Assembly: GCF_004010195.1 (NCBI RefSeq)
Contig: NC_057755.1
Coordinates: 957,023 to 1,021,022, forward strand
Source: Chiloscyllium plagiosum
Lineage: Eukaryota
DNA length: 64,000 bases
Direction of reading: 5' to 3'
The notes under the pieces were generated by a model that was not told the origin of the DNA, did no database searches, and saw only the letters and a list, made by a program, of their open reading frames with translations. The position numbers and the translations under genes are program-made. Of this stretch, positions 1 through 13,470 are shown piece after piece (within the stretch, counting starts at the first letter, position 1; every line of letters begins with the position of its first letter).

Positions 1-970
1 TAAAATACAAAGACACACGCACTGAGGCATGGAGAAATCCTGCTGGTGCTCAGAAAGATCTGAACATAATGACAGATAGACAAACAAGATTTCAGCAATA
101 GACTCACCAACTTGAACAGGAGCATAACTAGACAGTGACATACGCAGACTCCCAGAATAATATACTAAGACTTACAGACAAGCAGACATGGAGTCACAGA
201 ACCATCATGAGACGTTGACATTAACGCACACATACACAGGCACACACATACAAAACATGTTATAGCAATGTAACCATACGCAGTGATGGACACAAATACA
301 CAAAGAACATGCACACAGACAGAAACATGCACACAGACAGAAACACATCAAATGCACTTGTGAAAAACGCACCGATACAGTCCAATAAAGCACACAAGCA
401 GACACATAGATAAAAGCATTCACAGTCAGAAGCAGACATACTCAGTAACCTACCCGAACAGCTATATCTAGTCACAAAATAAGCTTCCAAACGCACACAG
501 AGAAAAAAAAAGCACACTGACACAGAAACACATTCACAAATGGTGGCACAAGGGAAAAAAAGGGAGATACATGCACAGAATGACATTCCCACAAAGACAA
601 TGAAAACACTCACACACAGACCCTCACACACCGAAAGGGAAAGACACACAGACAATCTCCTTCACTGACACACAGAGAGAGAGAGAGGGAGAGCTTAGGA
701 TGAAGAGAGGCGGAGAGTAAGAGATAGAGAGAGACAGAGAGAGAATCAGAGTGCTGCAGATGAAGGGACACTGAACTTTACAGAACTGTAATCAATATTG
801 TGCCAAGGTACTGCTGGTTGCCTCAAAGCATGTTGTATTTTCCAAAATAACTTCATGCAATAAAATCAGTGACTGAAGAGATGAGAAGGGCATTTGAGCC
901 AAAGTATGTGAACAATGCTAAACTGAGTCCACTGTCCAACTGTGTCAATGAGATAGAGACGAAGGGAGAT

Positions 971-1014
<44 letters not shown>

Positions 1015-1260
1015 TGAGTGAGAGAGAGGAGATAGAGAGAGATGGAAAAAGAATTAGTCAGAGCGACAAAGAGTGAGAGAGGCAGACAGAGTGGAAGAGA
1101 TCGAGAGAATCCGAGAAAAACTGAGGCAGAGATACATAGCGAGAGAAGACAGAGAAAGACGAAGAGAGATTGAGAGATAGTCAGAGTGACAGAGGAAGAG
1201 ACTGATACGGAGAAACTGAGAGATGTGGAGTGGGACAGTGATAGATGTAGTGAAATAGAG
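1..1260. repeat. CA-rich low-complexity block followed by GA-rich microsatellite (part of the duplicated unit)
   Basis: Degenerate (CA)n/(CACAGA)n to about 670, then (GA)n/(GATA)n. Alignable to 17250-18410 (e.g. tcctgctgg..cagaaagatc) and, for the CA-rich part, to about 35400-36760. Confidence 0.85.
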
Positions 1261-2053
1261 TGTTAATTTCGGAAGAATGTCATTTTAAAGGAAAGGGTAG
1301 AACTTAGTTTCAAAGGGCACAAACTTGTACCTGCAGAAACAGTTGCACAGATTTTGAAGGAAACAACATTTTCAAGGAAATGAAGGAGAGAGGAGCATAT
1401 ACTGAATGGAGATTATATATATATATGAGTAATGTCAGATCAAATTAAAACTCAGAAAATAACATGCTCTAGTCTATCTGATGAGCCAGTACTTTAATAC
1501 TTTTGCAGCAAAGGTGGTGCCGGTCAAATCCCAGTGTTGAGACCTGATGGGATTAGGGCTCAAGAAGCTCTTTCAAAAATAAACAGAACAGCAGAAAATA
1601 ATTTTAAATTTAGATGCGGGGGTGGGGTATCACCAGCACACGGAGCCTTTCTCTTGTTATAATAAAGTGTTTATTGTGAGTTGTACAGAGAGTCTGGCAA
1701 TCATCATGGGGCAGGAGGGATTGTTTCTGTCCCACCCATCCTCGCCTGCAGGGGGAATTCAGAGACCTCTCCTGCAGGTCTGTAACACTCATCCACAGGG
1801 CAGTCCGTGAAGACCCAATATTTCAGCTGAAGCCAAAACTCACAGACAGTCCATTATTTCAAATCGGCCCTGCAGCCTTTTTCCACCCGATCCTGCCCAT
1901 GACAGTTTCCTTTTGCCTCCATACCTGCTTCTATTTGTCAATAGTTTCGATGCAGAGATGGAGAGATTACTGTTAACCTGTGGACAGGGAGGAATGGGGT
2001 GGTCCTCTAGGGCAGAAGTGAATGCGGGTTTGACATTATAATTAGATGAGCTG

Positions 2054-5000
2054 CAATAGACAATAGGTAATAGACAAGAGGTGCAGGAGTAGGCCATTCT
2101 GGCTTTCGAGCCAGCACCACCATTCATTATGATCATGGCTGATCATCCTCAATCAGTATCCTGTTCCTGCCTTGTCCCCATAACCCTTGATTCCACTATC
2201 CTTAAGAGCTCTAGCCAACTCTTTCTTGAAAGTATCTAGAGACTTGGCCTCCACAGCCTTCTGGGGCAGAGCATTCCACACACACACACACCACTCTCTG
2301 GGTGAAGAAGTTTGTCCTCAACTCTGTTCTAAATGGTCTACTCCTTATTTTTAAACTGTGTCCTCTGTTTCGGGACTCACCCATCAGCGGAAACATGCTT
2401 CCTGCCTCCAGAGTGTCCAATCCTTTAATAATCTTATACATCTCAATCAGCTGCCCTCTCAGCCTTCTAAACTCAAGGGTATACAAGTCCAGTCGCTCCA
2501 ATCTTTCAACGTAAGATAGTCCCGCTATTCCAGGAATTGACCTCTTGAACCTATGCTGCACTCCCTCAATAACCAGAATGTCTTTCCTCAAATTTGGAGA
2601 CCAAAACTGCACATAATATTGCAGGTGCGGTCTCACCAGGGCCCTGTACAGCTGCAGAAGAACCTATTTGCTTCTATATATAATTCTATCTGTTCTGAAG
2701 GCCAGCATGCTATTAGCTTTCTTCACTGCCTGCTGTACCTGCATGCTTGCTTTCATTGACTGATGTACATGAAAACCTAGATCTCGTTGTACTGCCCCTT
2801 TACCTAGCTTGACCCCATTTAGGTAGTAACCTGCCTTCCTGTCCTTGCCACCAACGTGGATAACCAAGCATTTATCCATATCAAACTTCATCTGCCAAGC
2901 ATCTGTCCACTCACTCAGCCTGCCCAGGTCACCCTGTAATCTCCTAACATCATCCTCATGTTTCACCCTGCCACCCAGCTTTGTTTCATTAGCAAATTTG
3001 CTAATATTACTTTTAATGCCATCATCCATGTCATTAATGTACAATGTAAAAGGTTGCGGTCCCAGCACTGATCCCTGCGGTACCCCACTGGTCACCGACT
3101 GCCATTCCAAAAGTGAGTCATTTATCACTACTCTTTGTTTCCTGTCAGCCAACCAATTTTCAATCCAAGTCACTATTTTGCCGCCAATACCATGCGCACT
3201 CATTTTGCTCACTAACCTCCTATGTGGGACTTTATCAAAGGATTTCTGAAAGTCCAGGTACACTACATCCACTGGATCTCCCTTGTACATCTTCAGAGTT
3301 ACATCCTCAAAGCATTCCAGAAGATTAGTCAAGCATGATTTCCCCTTCATATATCAATGCTGATTCTGACCTATCATGTTACTGCTATCCAGATGTGTCG
3401 TAATTTTATCCTTTATAATTGACTCCAGCATCTTTCCCACACTGAGGTCAGACTAACTGGACTACAACTCCCTGCTTTCTCTCTCCCTCCTTTCTTAAAA
3501 AGTGGGACAACATTCGCCACCCTCCAATCAGCAGGAACTGATCCTGAATCTAAAGAACATTGGAAAATGATCACCACTGCATCCACGATTTCTAGAGCCA
3601 CCTTCTTCAGTACAATGGGATGTAGACCATCAGGTCCCGGGGACTGATCAGCCTTCAGACCTAACAGTCTCTTCAACATCATTTCCGGATAAATAAAAAT
3701 TCCCTTAAGTTCAGGTCCTTCAGCTACTGTTACCTCAGGGAGATTGCTTGTGTTTTCCCCAGTGAACACAGATCTGAAGTACCAATTCAACTCTTCTGCC
3801 ATTTCTTTGTTCCCCGTAATGTATTCACCCGTTTCTGTCTTCAAGGGCCCAATTTTAGTCTTAATCTTTATTTCCTTTCACATACCCAAAAAAGCTTTTA
3901 CTATTATCCTTTATGTCTTTGGTCAGTTTACCTTGGTAACTCATTTTTTTTTTCTCTGCGTATTTCCTTATTATCCTCTGTTGTTCTTTAAAAGCTTTCC
4001 AGTCCTTTTTGGAATGAACTGATCCTGCATCTCCTGCAGTATACCCAGAAATACCTGCCATTGTTGGTCCACTGCCATCCCTGCTAGTGTATTCCAACAA
4101 TGAACTTTGGCCAGCTCATCCCTCATAGCTCCATAGTTCCCTTATTTCAACTGAACTATTGCCACTTCCGATCGTACCCTCTCCTTTTCAAATTGCAGAT
4201 TAAAGTTTGTTGTATTATGGTCACTACCTCCTAATGGCTCCTTCACTTCGAGGTCCCTGATCAAATCCGGTTCGTTGCACAACACCAGATCCAGAATAGC
4301 CTTCTCCCTGGTAGGCTCCGGCACCAGCTTTTCTTAGAATCTATCTCGGAGGCACTCCACAAACTCCCTTTCTTCGGGTCCAGTACCATGCTGATTCTCC
4401 CAGACTACCTGCATGTTGAAATCCCTCTTAACAACTGTAGTAATATGTTTGCGACACGCCAATTTCAGCTCCTTATTCAACTTACACCCTACATCCAGAC
4501 TACTGTTTGGGGGCCTGTAGATAACTCCCATGAGGGTCTTCCTACCCTTTAGAATTTCTCAGCTCTATCCATACTGACTCTAGATCCCCTGATTCTAGGT
4601 CCTCCCGCGCAAGGGACTGAATATCATTCCTTACCAACAGGGCCACTCCACCCCCTCTGATCGTCAGTCTGTCCTTACGATAGCGCGTATAGCCTTGAAA
4701 ATTCATTTCCCAGGCCCTGCCCACTTGAAGCCACGTCTCCATAATCCCCACAACATCGTAACTGCCAATTTCCAAATGAGCCTCAAGCTCATCCATCTTA
4801 TTTCTAAGGCTCCGTGCATTCATATATGATATTTTTAATTTGTTACTGTCCTCACCCTTCCTATCAGTCCGTATTTCACTCAGCCTTACAGCATGATCCC
4901 TTTTGGAGTTTTCTTCTACATTGATACCGCTGTCTTTCTTGACTTCTCTTGTTCTAACTTTCCCTTCAACGTCCTACCTAGGCTTCCAGTTTGTCCCCTT

Positions 5001-5264
5001 CCCCCCACACACACACTTTTTAGTTTAATCGCAGCTGTGTTGTAGTGACAAACCTACTTGCCAGAATGCTGGTCCCCCACCTATTAAGATGCAACCCATC
5101 CCTTTTGTATAATTTAGCCTTACCGCAAAACATACCTGAGTGATCCAATAATTTAAATCTTTGCTTCCTGCACCTGTTCCCCAGCCACACATTCAAGTTC
5201 ATTATCTCCCTCTTCCTGGCCACCCCGGCCGAAGAACTGGAAGCAAACCGGAGATAACAACCCT
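2054..5264 (-). mobile_element. CR1-clade LINE, 5'-truncated within ORF1; ORF2 (APE endonuclease + RT) frameshifted
   Basis: (CAATAGA)n tail at about 2054-2078. RT motifs GVPQGSVLGP and YLDFQKSFDKVPH. APE N-terminus MNARSLRNKMDEL..VVGIMETW. ORF1 SGNH-esterase motif RDGLHLN in 5020-5250. Confidence 0.93.
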
Positions 5265-5426
5265 CCACATCTTCTGGAATGGTGAGAGGGTCAGATCGAA
5301 GGGCTGAATGGCTTACTGCTTGCTGGTTATTGGTTGTGTGTCCCCGTGTGTGAAAATCTGTCAGGCAATCAGGGGGGAGCAGCGTGTTCCTGAGCATGAT
5401 GAATGGTGACCCATCCTGTTAATCCC

Positions 5427-5880
5427 CTTTTGCCCGAAATGTCGATTTTACTGCTCCTCGGATGCTGCCTGAACTACTGTGCTCTTCTAGCACCACTAAT
5501 ATAGAATCTGGTTTCCAGCATCTGCAGTCATTATTTTTACCTAGTTGATTTTAACCCTACTGCGAAACCTCTTGCAAGGATGCCTGCCTTGAAGAAGTTT
5601 TCCTCCTCTACAAGAATCTCAGGGCGTCCCTCTCCCACTGAACTCCACCTATCCACTATACCCTTCCCTCCCGACCTATCACCTTCATCCCCTTCCCCAT
5701 TCACCTATTGTACTCTATGCTACTTTCTCCCCACCCCCACCCTCCTCTCACTTATCTCTCCACCCTTCAGGCTCTCTGCCTGTATTCCTGATGAAGGGCT
5801 TTTGCCCGAAACGTCGATTTTCCTGCTCCTCGGATGCTGCCTGAACTGCTGTGCTCTTCGAGCACCACTAATCCAGAATC
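5427..5880 (+). mobile_element. Non-autonomous Penelope-like element with direct pseudo-LTR repeats
   Basis: An approximately 80-bp direct repeat (tttgcccgaaa..ctgctcctcggatgctgcctgaact..caccactaat..agaatc) at about 5427-5508 and 5799-5880. Flanked by imperfect TSD tgttaa(t/c)cc. Hammerhead core present. Confidence 0.75.
5784..5820 (+). ncRNA. Minimal type I hammerhead ribozyme motif (Penelope pLTR)
   Basis: CTGATGA (5788-5794), A, stem II GGGC-TTTT-GCCC, GAAA, palindromic ACGT stem III, and a GUC cleavage triplet ending at 5815. Stem I is weak. Confidence 0.7.
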
Positions 5881-6036
5881 TGTTAACCCTCCCCATCCAC
5901 CGCTCTGTGTTATACTTAGATCCATGAGGTTGTGCTGATGGAACCCTGGCCGTACATATGCAAATCCTGCACTGGGAACACTGCGGTCACCTCTGGAGTT
6001 CTCTCAGTTGTTTTGCGAGGTTATTAAGTGAAGAAT

Positions 6037-6882
6037 TTACGTGACCAGTTGGTGCATTGCATTCCTGAACTTGACCAGAGACACGGCATAAATTGAAGGG
6101 TTCATACTGCAGCTGAAATCCTGGATGAGGTATCCAATTGGTGCACGAACACCAAAAGTTGTTCCATTAATGATTTAGTATCAGAAAGTTGTAATGTGCA
6201 CGAACCACAGAAATATGAAGCTGGTCGATATGGTGAAGAGGGTAATCACTGACTTCCCCCGGCTCTCCAACTCTGCGTCTTTTTTACTGTCTCCTGGACT
6301 CGGACCCCTCAGAGTCTTGCGGACTCGATTAACTACTAAGATGTACCTGGCCGTCAGAGTGTGCATCATCAGAATTAACACGAGTGAAATGGAAGGTATT
6401 AAAACGCTGTGAAATCTGTTAAATCACAGCCACCTGGGATCAGCAAAAAGAAAACTTTATTTTCCTCGGCTGTACCACGGACCATTGTCAATTTTCATCC
6501 CAGGTTGAAACAGAAAATAGAAGAGAAAATTTTTTGAACCGAGCAGAATGCCAATTTTGGCTAGAGTCACAGCCAAGGCATTCCCTGCCCGATATTTTCT
6601 CTTCATTGTCAGACAGCAAATGGCCACAAAACAATCAAAGGCGAAAAGGATAGTGAACCAGACAGAACAGTCTCTGGCTGCACGAGCCAGGACAAAGATA
6701 ACTGCAAGTAGAGGTGAGGTCCAGGAAACACCTTGGGAAGTAAAAAATATTGATTTCCCATGGTATGACGTGCACGAGAATAAACAGTAGATCCAACATT
6801 GCCATGGTCATCAGGCATTGCGTTGTGCATTTAGAGAGTCCACATATTCCACGCGTGAGAACCAAAATCAACAAGAAATTAA
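6037..6882 (-). pseudogene. GPR139-like class A GPCR pseudogene copy 1, exon 2
   Basis: Reads NFLLILVLTRGICGLSKCTTQCLMTMAMLDLL, then after a frameshift ARAARDCSVWFTILFAFDCFVAICC, then NGPWY followed by TAA, and later KSVITLFTISTSFIFLW. The acceptor reads AA instead of AG at 6883-6884. Homologous to copy 2. Confidence 0.88.
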
Positions 6883-7954
6883 TTGACATTAACGGAGGTA
6901 GAATGCAAATTGGAAATTAATGATAAAGCATTCACTGCATCTGCCCAAAAAAAGCATGGATCGTAATAGTACCAAAAAGGGTTAGTTAGGGAAGGTCTAA
7001 GGTCAGATCTAAAAATGAAAGCTCTGAGCCTGACTTCAAAAATGCTCACTTCCAATTTACCAGCCGGGTGGGGGTGGGCGTGGGGGTGGTAAGGGGAGTG
7101 TAGTGAATTGGCAGATGCCAAGGGCACATAATTTTAATGTGAAAGGGCTGAGTTTTAGAGGGCATTTGAGTTAAAGGCTTTCATCAGAGAATACTGGGTA
7201 CCTGGAATGCACGGCTTTGGAGGGTAGTTGAAGGAGTAAAACTAAAATCTTTAACATCTCCTTGGCTGAGCGTTCAGGATCACTCTTCAGGACATATTCA
7301 ACTGAAGAGGGATCGCTCGACTCAAAACGTTAACCATGCTTTCTCCCCGCAGATGCTACCAGACCAGACAGGTTTTATTTTTTGTTTTTCTTTGAAATGT
7401 TTCATTGAGGATGTAAATCTTTGTCTTAATATTAAGTTTAACTCTGACTGTCTGGGGTTCAAGAATTCCTAGAAGGTGTAGTGCATTCAGCCCTTTGAAC
7501 CTGTATTGCCATTCGACATTGTGGTGGCATATTCCCAACAGCAATGCTTGCTTTCGGTCCATTCCCCTTGGTACTCCTAAAATTGCAGAACGTACATGTC
7601 ACACACATTTAAAAAATCTCAGAGTCTGAGGGGGGGCGGGGAGGTGGAATGTTGTGACTGGGAGCATTATCTCTTCCTCTATCACATGACCATCAGGATA
7701 TGAGTCAATCTGAGGATCATGAACCTGGAGTCCCATCCCAAGACTCGGTTTTTGCTGACTTTATATTTCCTGCCCTCTAACCATACGCTGTCCACACTCT
7801 TATGTTACCTCTGTTGCCAAGAATTCATTCTCTCGTCAGCAACGTCGAACATAGCACTTCCCCAATTTGGTCTGGAAATTCGCAATCTACTTGCACAATC
7901 TATGTTAAAGATTGCAGTTGCAAATCCAACTGCGACTGCACCTAATTCCAAAGT

Positions 7955-8850
7955 CATTGGGATCATACAGCACAGAAACAGACCCTCCGTACCGACTACA
8001 TATCATAAATTGAGCAAGACCCATTTGCCAGCATTTCATCCATATCCGATTCATCTGCCCATATAGATGTCTTTGTAATTGAACCTGTCTTCATTACTTC
8101 TTCTGGCAGCTTATTCCATAAACGCATCACCCTCTGCATTGAACACGTGACCTCCGGGGTTCCTTTTAAATCTTTACCCTATCAGTTTAAGACGATGTGT
8201 TCCAGGTTTGGGCTCCCCTACAGTGAGGAAAAAACAACCATTCGCTATTCTCCCGATCCGTGCCCTTCATGACTTTGTAAACTTCTATAAGGTGACCTCT
8301 CAGCCTTCAATGCGCCATACAAAATAGCCCTAGCCTATTCAGCCTCTCACTACAGTTCAAACCCTCCAATCCTGCTAACAGCGTTGTCAAACCTTTCTGA
8401 ATCTTTGCAAGTTAGCAACATTTTTCTGTTAACAGGGAGATCAGGATTGAATGCAGCATTATATAAATCACCTCACTAATCTCCTGAGCAGCAGCAACAT
8501 GACGTCCCAACTCCTATACTCAATGTACTGTGAAGGAAGGTGAGCTTGCTAAAACACTGTCTTCACCATTCTGTCTGACTGCGACTCATCCCTCTCTGTT
8601 CGGCAAAATATCTCAAGGCCCAACCATTAAATGTATAAGTCCCGCCCTGCTTTGCCTGACCAAAATACAACATCTTACATTTATCCAAATTAAACTCCAT
8701 CTGCACCTTTTCGTTCCAGTGCCCTGTTGTACGCTAAAGTAACCTTTTGTACTGTTCACTACGCCAATTATTCTGGTGTCATCTAGAAATTTGCTAATCA
8801 TCGCTGCCATATTCACATTCAAGTCATTTATGTAAGTGATGAAAAGGTCG
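7955..8850 (-). mobile_element. Old CR1 3' fragment in copy 1 intron
   Basis: Decayed RT region LFITYINDLNVNMAAMISKFLDDTRIIGVV and CR1-type 3' UTR near 7955-8050. Confidence 0.75.
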
Positions 8851-9069
8851 TGGAACAAACACTTGCACCATACTGCTGTTCAAAGACTTCAAAGAATAGC
8901 TATCGAAATAGTGGCGTGCATTCAAGTCAACATCCCTAAAGTAGTGACATGCCTCAGCAGAGTGTAAACTTCACTCTATTTAGGAAAGGAAGAGGACAGA
9001 ATGCAAAATATTACAATACAGCGAGTGCTACATGCATTTGAAAACTAGGGCTGAGCCTTGCACTACTCT

Positions 9070-9246
9070 CTGGTAAGAGAGGGATGAGTGGTGGTGTAAT
9101 CTGATTGTCTTGTGCCTCTGCCAATGACAGAGATGAAGAAGGACAATCCTTCAATGGTAACCTGAGCCAGTGCAAGAAATGGACGCATGCTGTTGACATC
9201 ACGCTGCAATGCAAAGTAGCTATCCAGCCAATTGAGCTAACCGACC
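9070..9246 (-). mobile_element. tRNA-derived SINE (decayed)
   Basis: Minus strand begins ggtcggTTAGCTCAATTGGctgg (A-box-like), followed by a degenerate B-box region and SINE body. Confidence 0.55.
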
Positions 9247-10098
9247 ACAAAACACCACAGTACACATTTAAATAAAAACAATGTCTTAAAGTGTCAAGCG
9301 TTCAGTGCTGCAATTTGGTCGGAAGGGATATTTTCAAAGATTCCTTGGAAAACAAGCATTCAAATTCGATCAATGCATTTGGGAGCTCAGAGCGACAGAT
9401 TCACAAATATGTAAAATAACGTTAACAGTCCAACAAAGCAATGCAATTGCCAATTTAGGCCACACACTCATTTCCAGAAGTCAACTGGAATACAAAGAGT
9501 TAATATTTATCTACTTTGGAACATTTGTGGGAGCACGCTGTGTTTACTGGTTCGATTTCTGGTGAACACATCAAAACAACATGAGTTGATGCACTGGACA
9601 ACATGGAATTATAAGATGGAGCATGATAACGGAACTGAGAAACATTTGTTTCATCATTAAAACACATGCCACTATCTAAACTCTCTCTTTTAACATAATG
9701 ATTAACTTCAGAAACACGGAGATGTGCACCAGTTAATTAATCAAAACGAAATGCACCCTAAGTGCTTTAGCACTTGCTACATACTATTTCCACAGTTTAC
9801 AACACTCTATTCCTAAGTGACTAAAACTCCATTGAAATTCTCCAAAATCTCTGATTAAAATGGAGATTTCCAGAAGCTTCCAGGTGGAGATGAATTACCT
9901 AATGGGAAATTTAATCCTCTCGCAATTCCTGCTTAGTCTGCGATGCTGGGGATTCTGTGGTCTGAATCTAAATCACTGAATGCCTGTCCCTTTGCGAAGG
10001 TGGGCACAACCTGCCCATGTATCACTGTCAAGGGGAGAGTGAAACCGCAGACTACCCTCAGACAGAGTCACAAAAGGTCAACGGTGCAAGGCACTTAC

Positions 10099-10165
10099 CA
10101 GGAATTGTTACAATTGGAAGGATCATGTAACATATTTTCCTTGCCTTAAAACACGTTTGATACAT
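10099..10165 (-). pseudogene. GPR139-like GPCR copy 1, exon 1 (67 nt, open)
   Basis: ATG..MYQTCFKARKICYMILPIVTIP-G|GTAAGT. Phase-1 donor joins in frame to the TT AAT TTC start of exon 2 (V-N-F). Paralogous exons at 30184-30249 and 49704-49770. Confidence 0.8.
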
Positions 10166-11989
10166 TTCCTGCGGAAAACCCTTTGTGCAAGTAATCTCTC
10201 TGTTATAAACACTGAGGCAATATATTTCCAAAGCCTTTCATTTATTCCTGATGCTACAGCCTGGGAGCAGTCACGTTACTACACCATTCAATTGTATTAT
10301 TGATCAATTTGAGCAAACAGCTGACGATCGTGAATTAACCCCAAGTTGTGACAGAATATTTTTCAAACAGAGGTATACTGAATGATGCAAATCTCAATCG
10401 GTCAATATCAAATATTGGAAATTGCATCCACGATACACTAATACTAACCGTTCCACTTTGAAATCTCCTTTGATTTTAATGTCATCCTTCCCTTGAATTT
10501 GACAATTTCATAATCAAATTCCGGCTGTTAAATGTCTCTCTGGGAACTGTTCTTCTCAACAGTGGGATATGGTTTGCCTGATTAACAGCGGCTGTTCCAT
10601 AAAGAGATGGTAGTTGTTCAATGGAGATGATGTGTTGAAGTTGTCAATAAATCCAGCATCGCAATAGAATTTCTCAAATTGCGCAGTAGCGTCTCAATCC
10701 ACTATAATTTCACAAATTAAAACAAAACTTTTAACGAGTCAAATAACTCGCTGGAAAATATTCTTAAGGGTGATACAAGCTTCAATCTATACAGATTCTC
10801 CGAGAAGTTGAAACTCTTCTGGGGATGTTTCAGACCTAACTGCGAGTCACACGCAAGCTGTACAGCAGCAGATGGGCGTTAATATTTCGCGGTTCCCCCA
10901 GTGTACTGGACATGTTCAGTGAAAAAAACGTAAAACAGCTGATCGAGGAAGTGACGGAGTCGTTCGTAGGGAAATGGAGAGGTGAGCACAGTGAGGAATT
11001 TGCAGTGACAAGGCTGTAGAAATGACAAAAATTAGTATCGTTTAAGTTGGTGTCAAAAGTATCAGCGAGCTCAAGCAGTGTCGGGGAAACGGGACTTCGT
11101 GTCAGGACTGAAATAGTACAGAAAACCGAGAATGCGAATAAACATGTCTATTTCAGCTTGTCAGGACTGATTTCGTGGGTGCCACAAGGAACGTTAATCA
11201 AGACAAAGCTATTAATAATCTGTGTCAACGACTGAAATGATGTGATCATGTGTTTCATTTTCTGAGAACACTCGATTCGGTGAGACAGTATCATACAAGG
11301 AGGACACAGAAACCCTGAAATTAGGAAGTGCGGGTTCAGTGAGTGAGTGACAAACAAATAGTCTGTGCAACGTAAGCTACAGAAATCCTAAGCATTGTTC
11401 GTTCATTTCAATCTTGAAAAGATTTCAGACTATTCTTAAATTTATAGATGATGTTCCTAAATGTCGAACTAAAAGCAATAAGAAGCCTTTCTGTGCACGC
11501 ATGCCACCAATGTCCATTTTTTTCTGGAAAACTTTACTCCTCTCAGATCTTACTAAAGCTCAAGAGTTTGTGTGAATTCACGTCCTTGCCATTGAACCGT
11601 TGTTTTTCAGCATTCATTCTCTGGGTACTTTGCTGCACTCAAATGGACATGGACTCCCAAGCCTCCACTCTTTCTTGCCTCTCCCTGTTCATGAAGTCAA
11701 TGTCGATTCTGCGATAACATCGAGTTTCGTCAGTGGGCAAACCTTAAACAGCTGACTGACGGACTCCTTCAGGATCATCTGTCCAGACTTGACACAGTTC
11801 AGAAAGAAATGTTAACTCAATAGTTCATTCGTTCAAGAAGATCCCATAAAAGCTGCAGGACATCTTGGGGGAAGGTTGGGGTGGGATAAGGACAAAGGTG
11901 GGAGCAGGAGCTGTGCATAGTGAAGACCGCGTGGTCCTGGGCCACATTGGCGCCAACAATGTTCGTTCTTGAAACAACTCTTGAAATCG

Positions 11990-12188
11990 ATCAGCAATCA
12001 CTCTTTACTTACAATTGCATGGCCCTTAACAATAGCTCTCACTGAGTCAGGCATTCTGCATCACAATATTCCTTACATTCACCCTGCTGTGTTTAGCCAG
12101 ATATCTCTGACGGGATCAGATTGAAAGCCCAATCAGAGAACTCATATCCTATGAGGTCCAGCTGGCTGACCTCATGAAAATCACTGCA
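11990..12188 (-). mobile_element. Old solo-LTR-like element shared among duplicated units
   Basis: Minus strand starts tgcagtgattttcatgaggtcagccagctggacctcataggatatgagtt. Homologous copies on + at about 44760-44815 and at 46285-47830, the latter split by a CR1. Confidence 0.5.
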
Positions 12189-13094
12189 GTTAGAAATAAT
12201 GATGTGTTCTTGAAAGTAGAATTGACATAGTCAGGCAAGAAATCGACATGCTGATTAGGCCGCTGAACATGTGGATGGAAATATTTGGTGGCAGGAGGAA
12301 GGGCTTTGGTTGGCTCGGCTTTTTCTTTAATTTCTGGGGTTGTTGCGATCTGAAAACATTGAACAGGTGGGTTTCATTTTAACGGGATGGAAATTGCTAC
12401 CCATCTCGGGAAACATGGTACTGTTGTTGAGGAATATTTAATCAAATAAGTCAGTCTGTGAATCTGTGAGCGAACTTAGTTAGGAGGAAAATGAAGCCGG
12501 CCACGTGAAGTTGAAAGTCTGTAAGTGAAAGAGGAAAGCAGCAGAAACACATTCTGGATCTACAATGATGCTGTTCTTCAGAATCCGAGTCTTCAGGAGA
12601 AAAAAACCTCCCTCACATACCTAACAGATTCAGGGGCAGGGCTCATTTGGAGAGCTAATTTGTGATGTTCAGGAGATCTTCAATAATGTGAATATGAAGT
12701 GATGCAATTAATGTCAAAACCTCAACCACATTTTGTGATGATGCATGAGGAATTTAAGTGGAATCAGATTGGAACAGTTCATCAAAATTTTGAACTGTCT
12801 ACAAACACCGATATACTTAAGTAACAATGCACAATTAGAAGGATTAATTTATTTCATCTCGCAGAATTGAATTAACACAAGAGCGCAGAAGTAAATATGC
12901 CGTAATTTATTATCTTTTTTCAAAAAAAAATCCACACCAAATGAGACAGAATTATGAAACAATATAATTGTATTTGGGAAGAATAGCCATAAAATCCTCA
13001 GATTCTTTATTAAGATGGAGAATGAAGAAATTGAATTTGAAACTTGGAACCCTGAATCTAAATAAAGAGGACAACAAGGAATTAAATGGGCAAA

Positions 13095-13470
13095 AAAAAT
13101 TATTCCGTACTCACTGGACAGGCAATATTATTGTTGCCCATCAGGCAAATCCAATTACAGGTCTTGTCCCCAAAGCCAGTTTTGGAGAGTATGTCGCACG
13201 TGTTGGTGTGCGATTATCTGTCAAAGGCTTTCTGCTGGTCCAGGCTGACAAGGCAGGTTTCTAAGCTGACTAATTCACACATAGGCAATGATATCGCTAA
13301 TGAGCCAGAGGTTCTCAGAGATCCTCCTGACCAGTACAGCACAGGCTTGGTCGGGGTGAATCACTGATCTCACAGTAGACCTGACCTAGCTGGCGATGAT
13401 CTTAGGCAGGATTCTGTAAACTGCATTTAGCAGTGAAACCAGTCATTAGTCCTCCCTGTCGCCTTCTAAT
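13095..13470 (-). mobile_element. L1/Tx1-clade RT fragment
   Basis: Minus translation LVSLLNAVYRILPKIIAS*VRSTVRSVIHPDQACAV..RISENL..DIIAYV..CLVSLDQQKAFDR. Inverted paralog at 44990-45345. Confidence 0.8.

Noticed and set aside
205..655. Cys/Val- and His/Thr-rich ORFs here and at 16400-18490 and 34830-35860
   Set aside because: They are translations of CA/GA low-complexity repeats.
7295..7370. Functional hammerhead (CTGAAGA..aaaacgtt), with a paralog at about 20385
   Set aside because: The GAAA core and stem II are disrupted; it is an old Penelope-related remnant.
9190..9246. tRNA gene (also 30620-30660 and 37850-37900)
   Set aside because: A/B-box-like motifs belong to SINE heads; no complete cloverleaf is evident.
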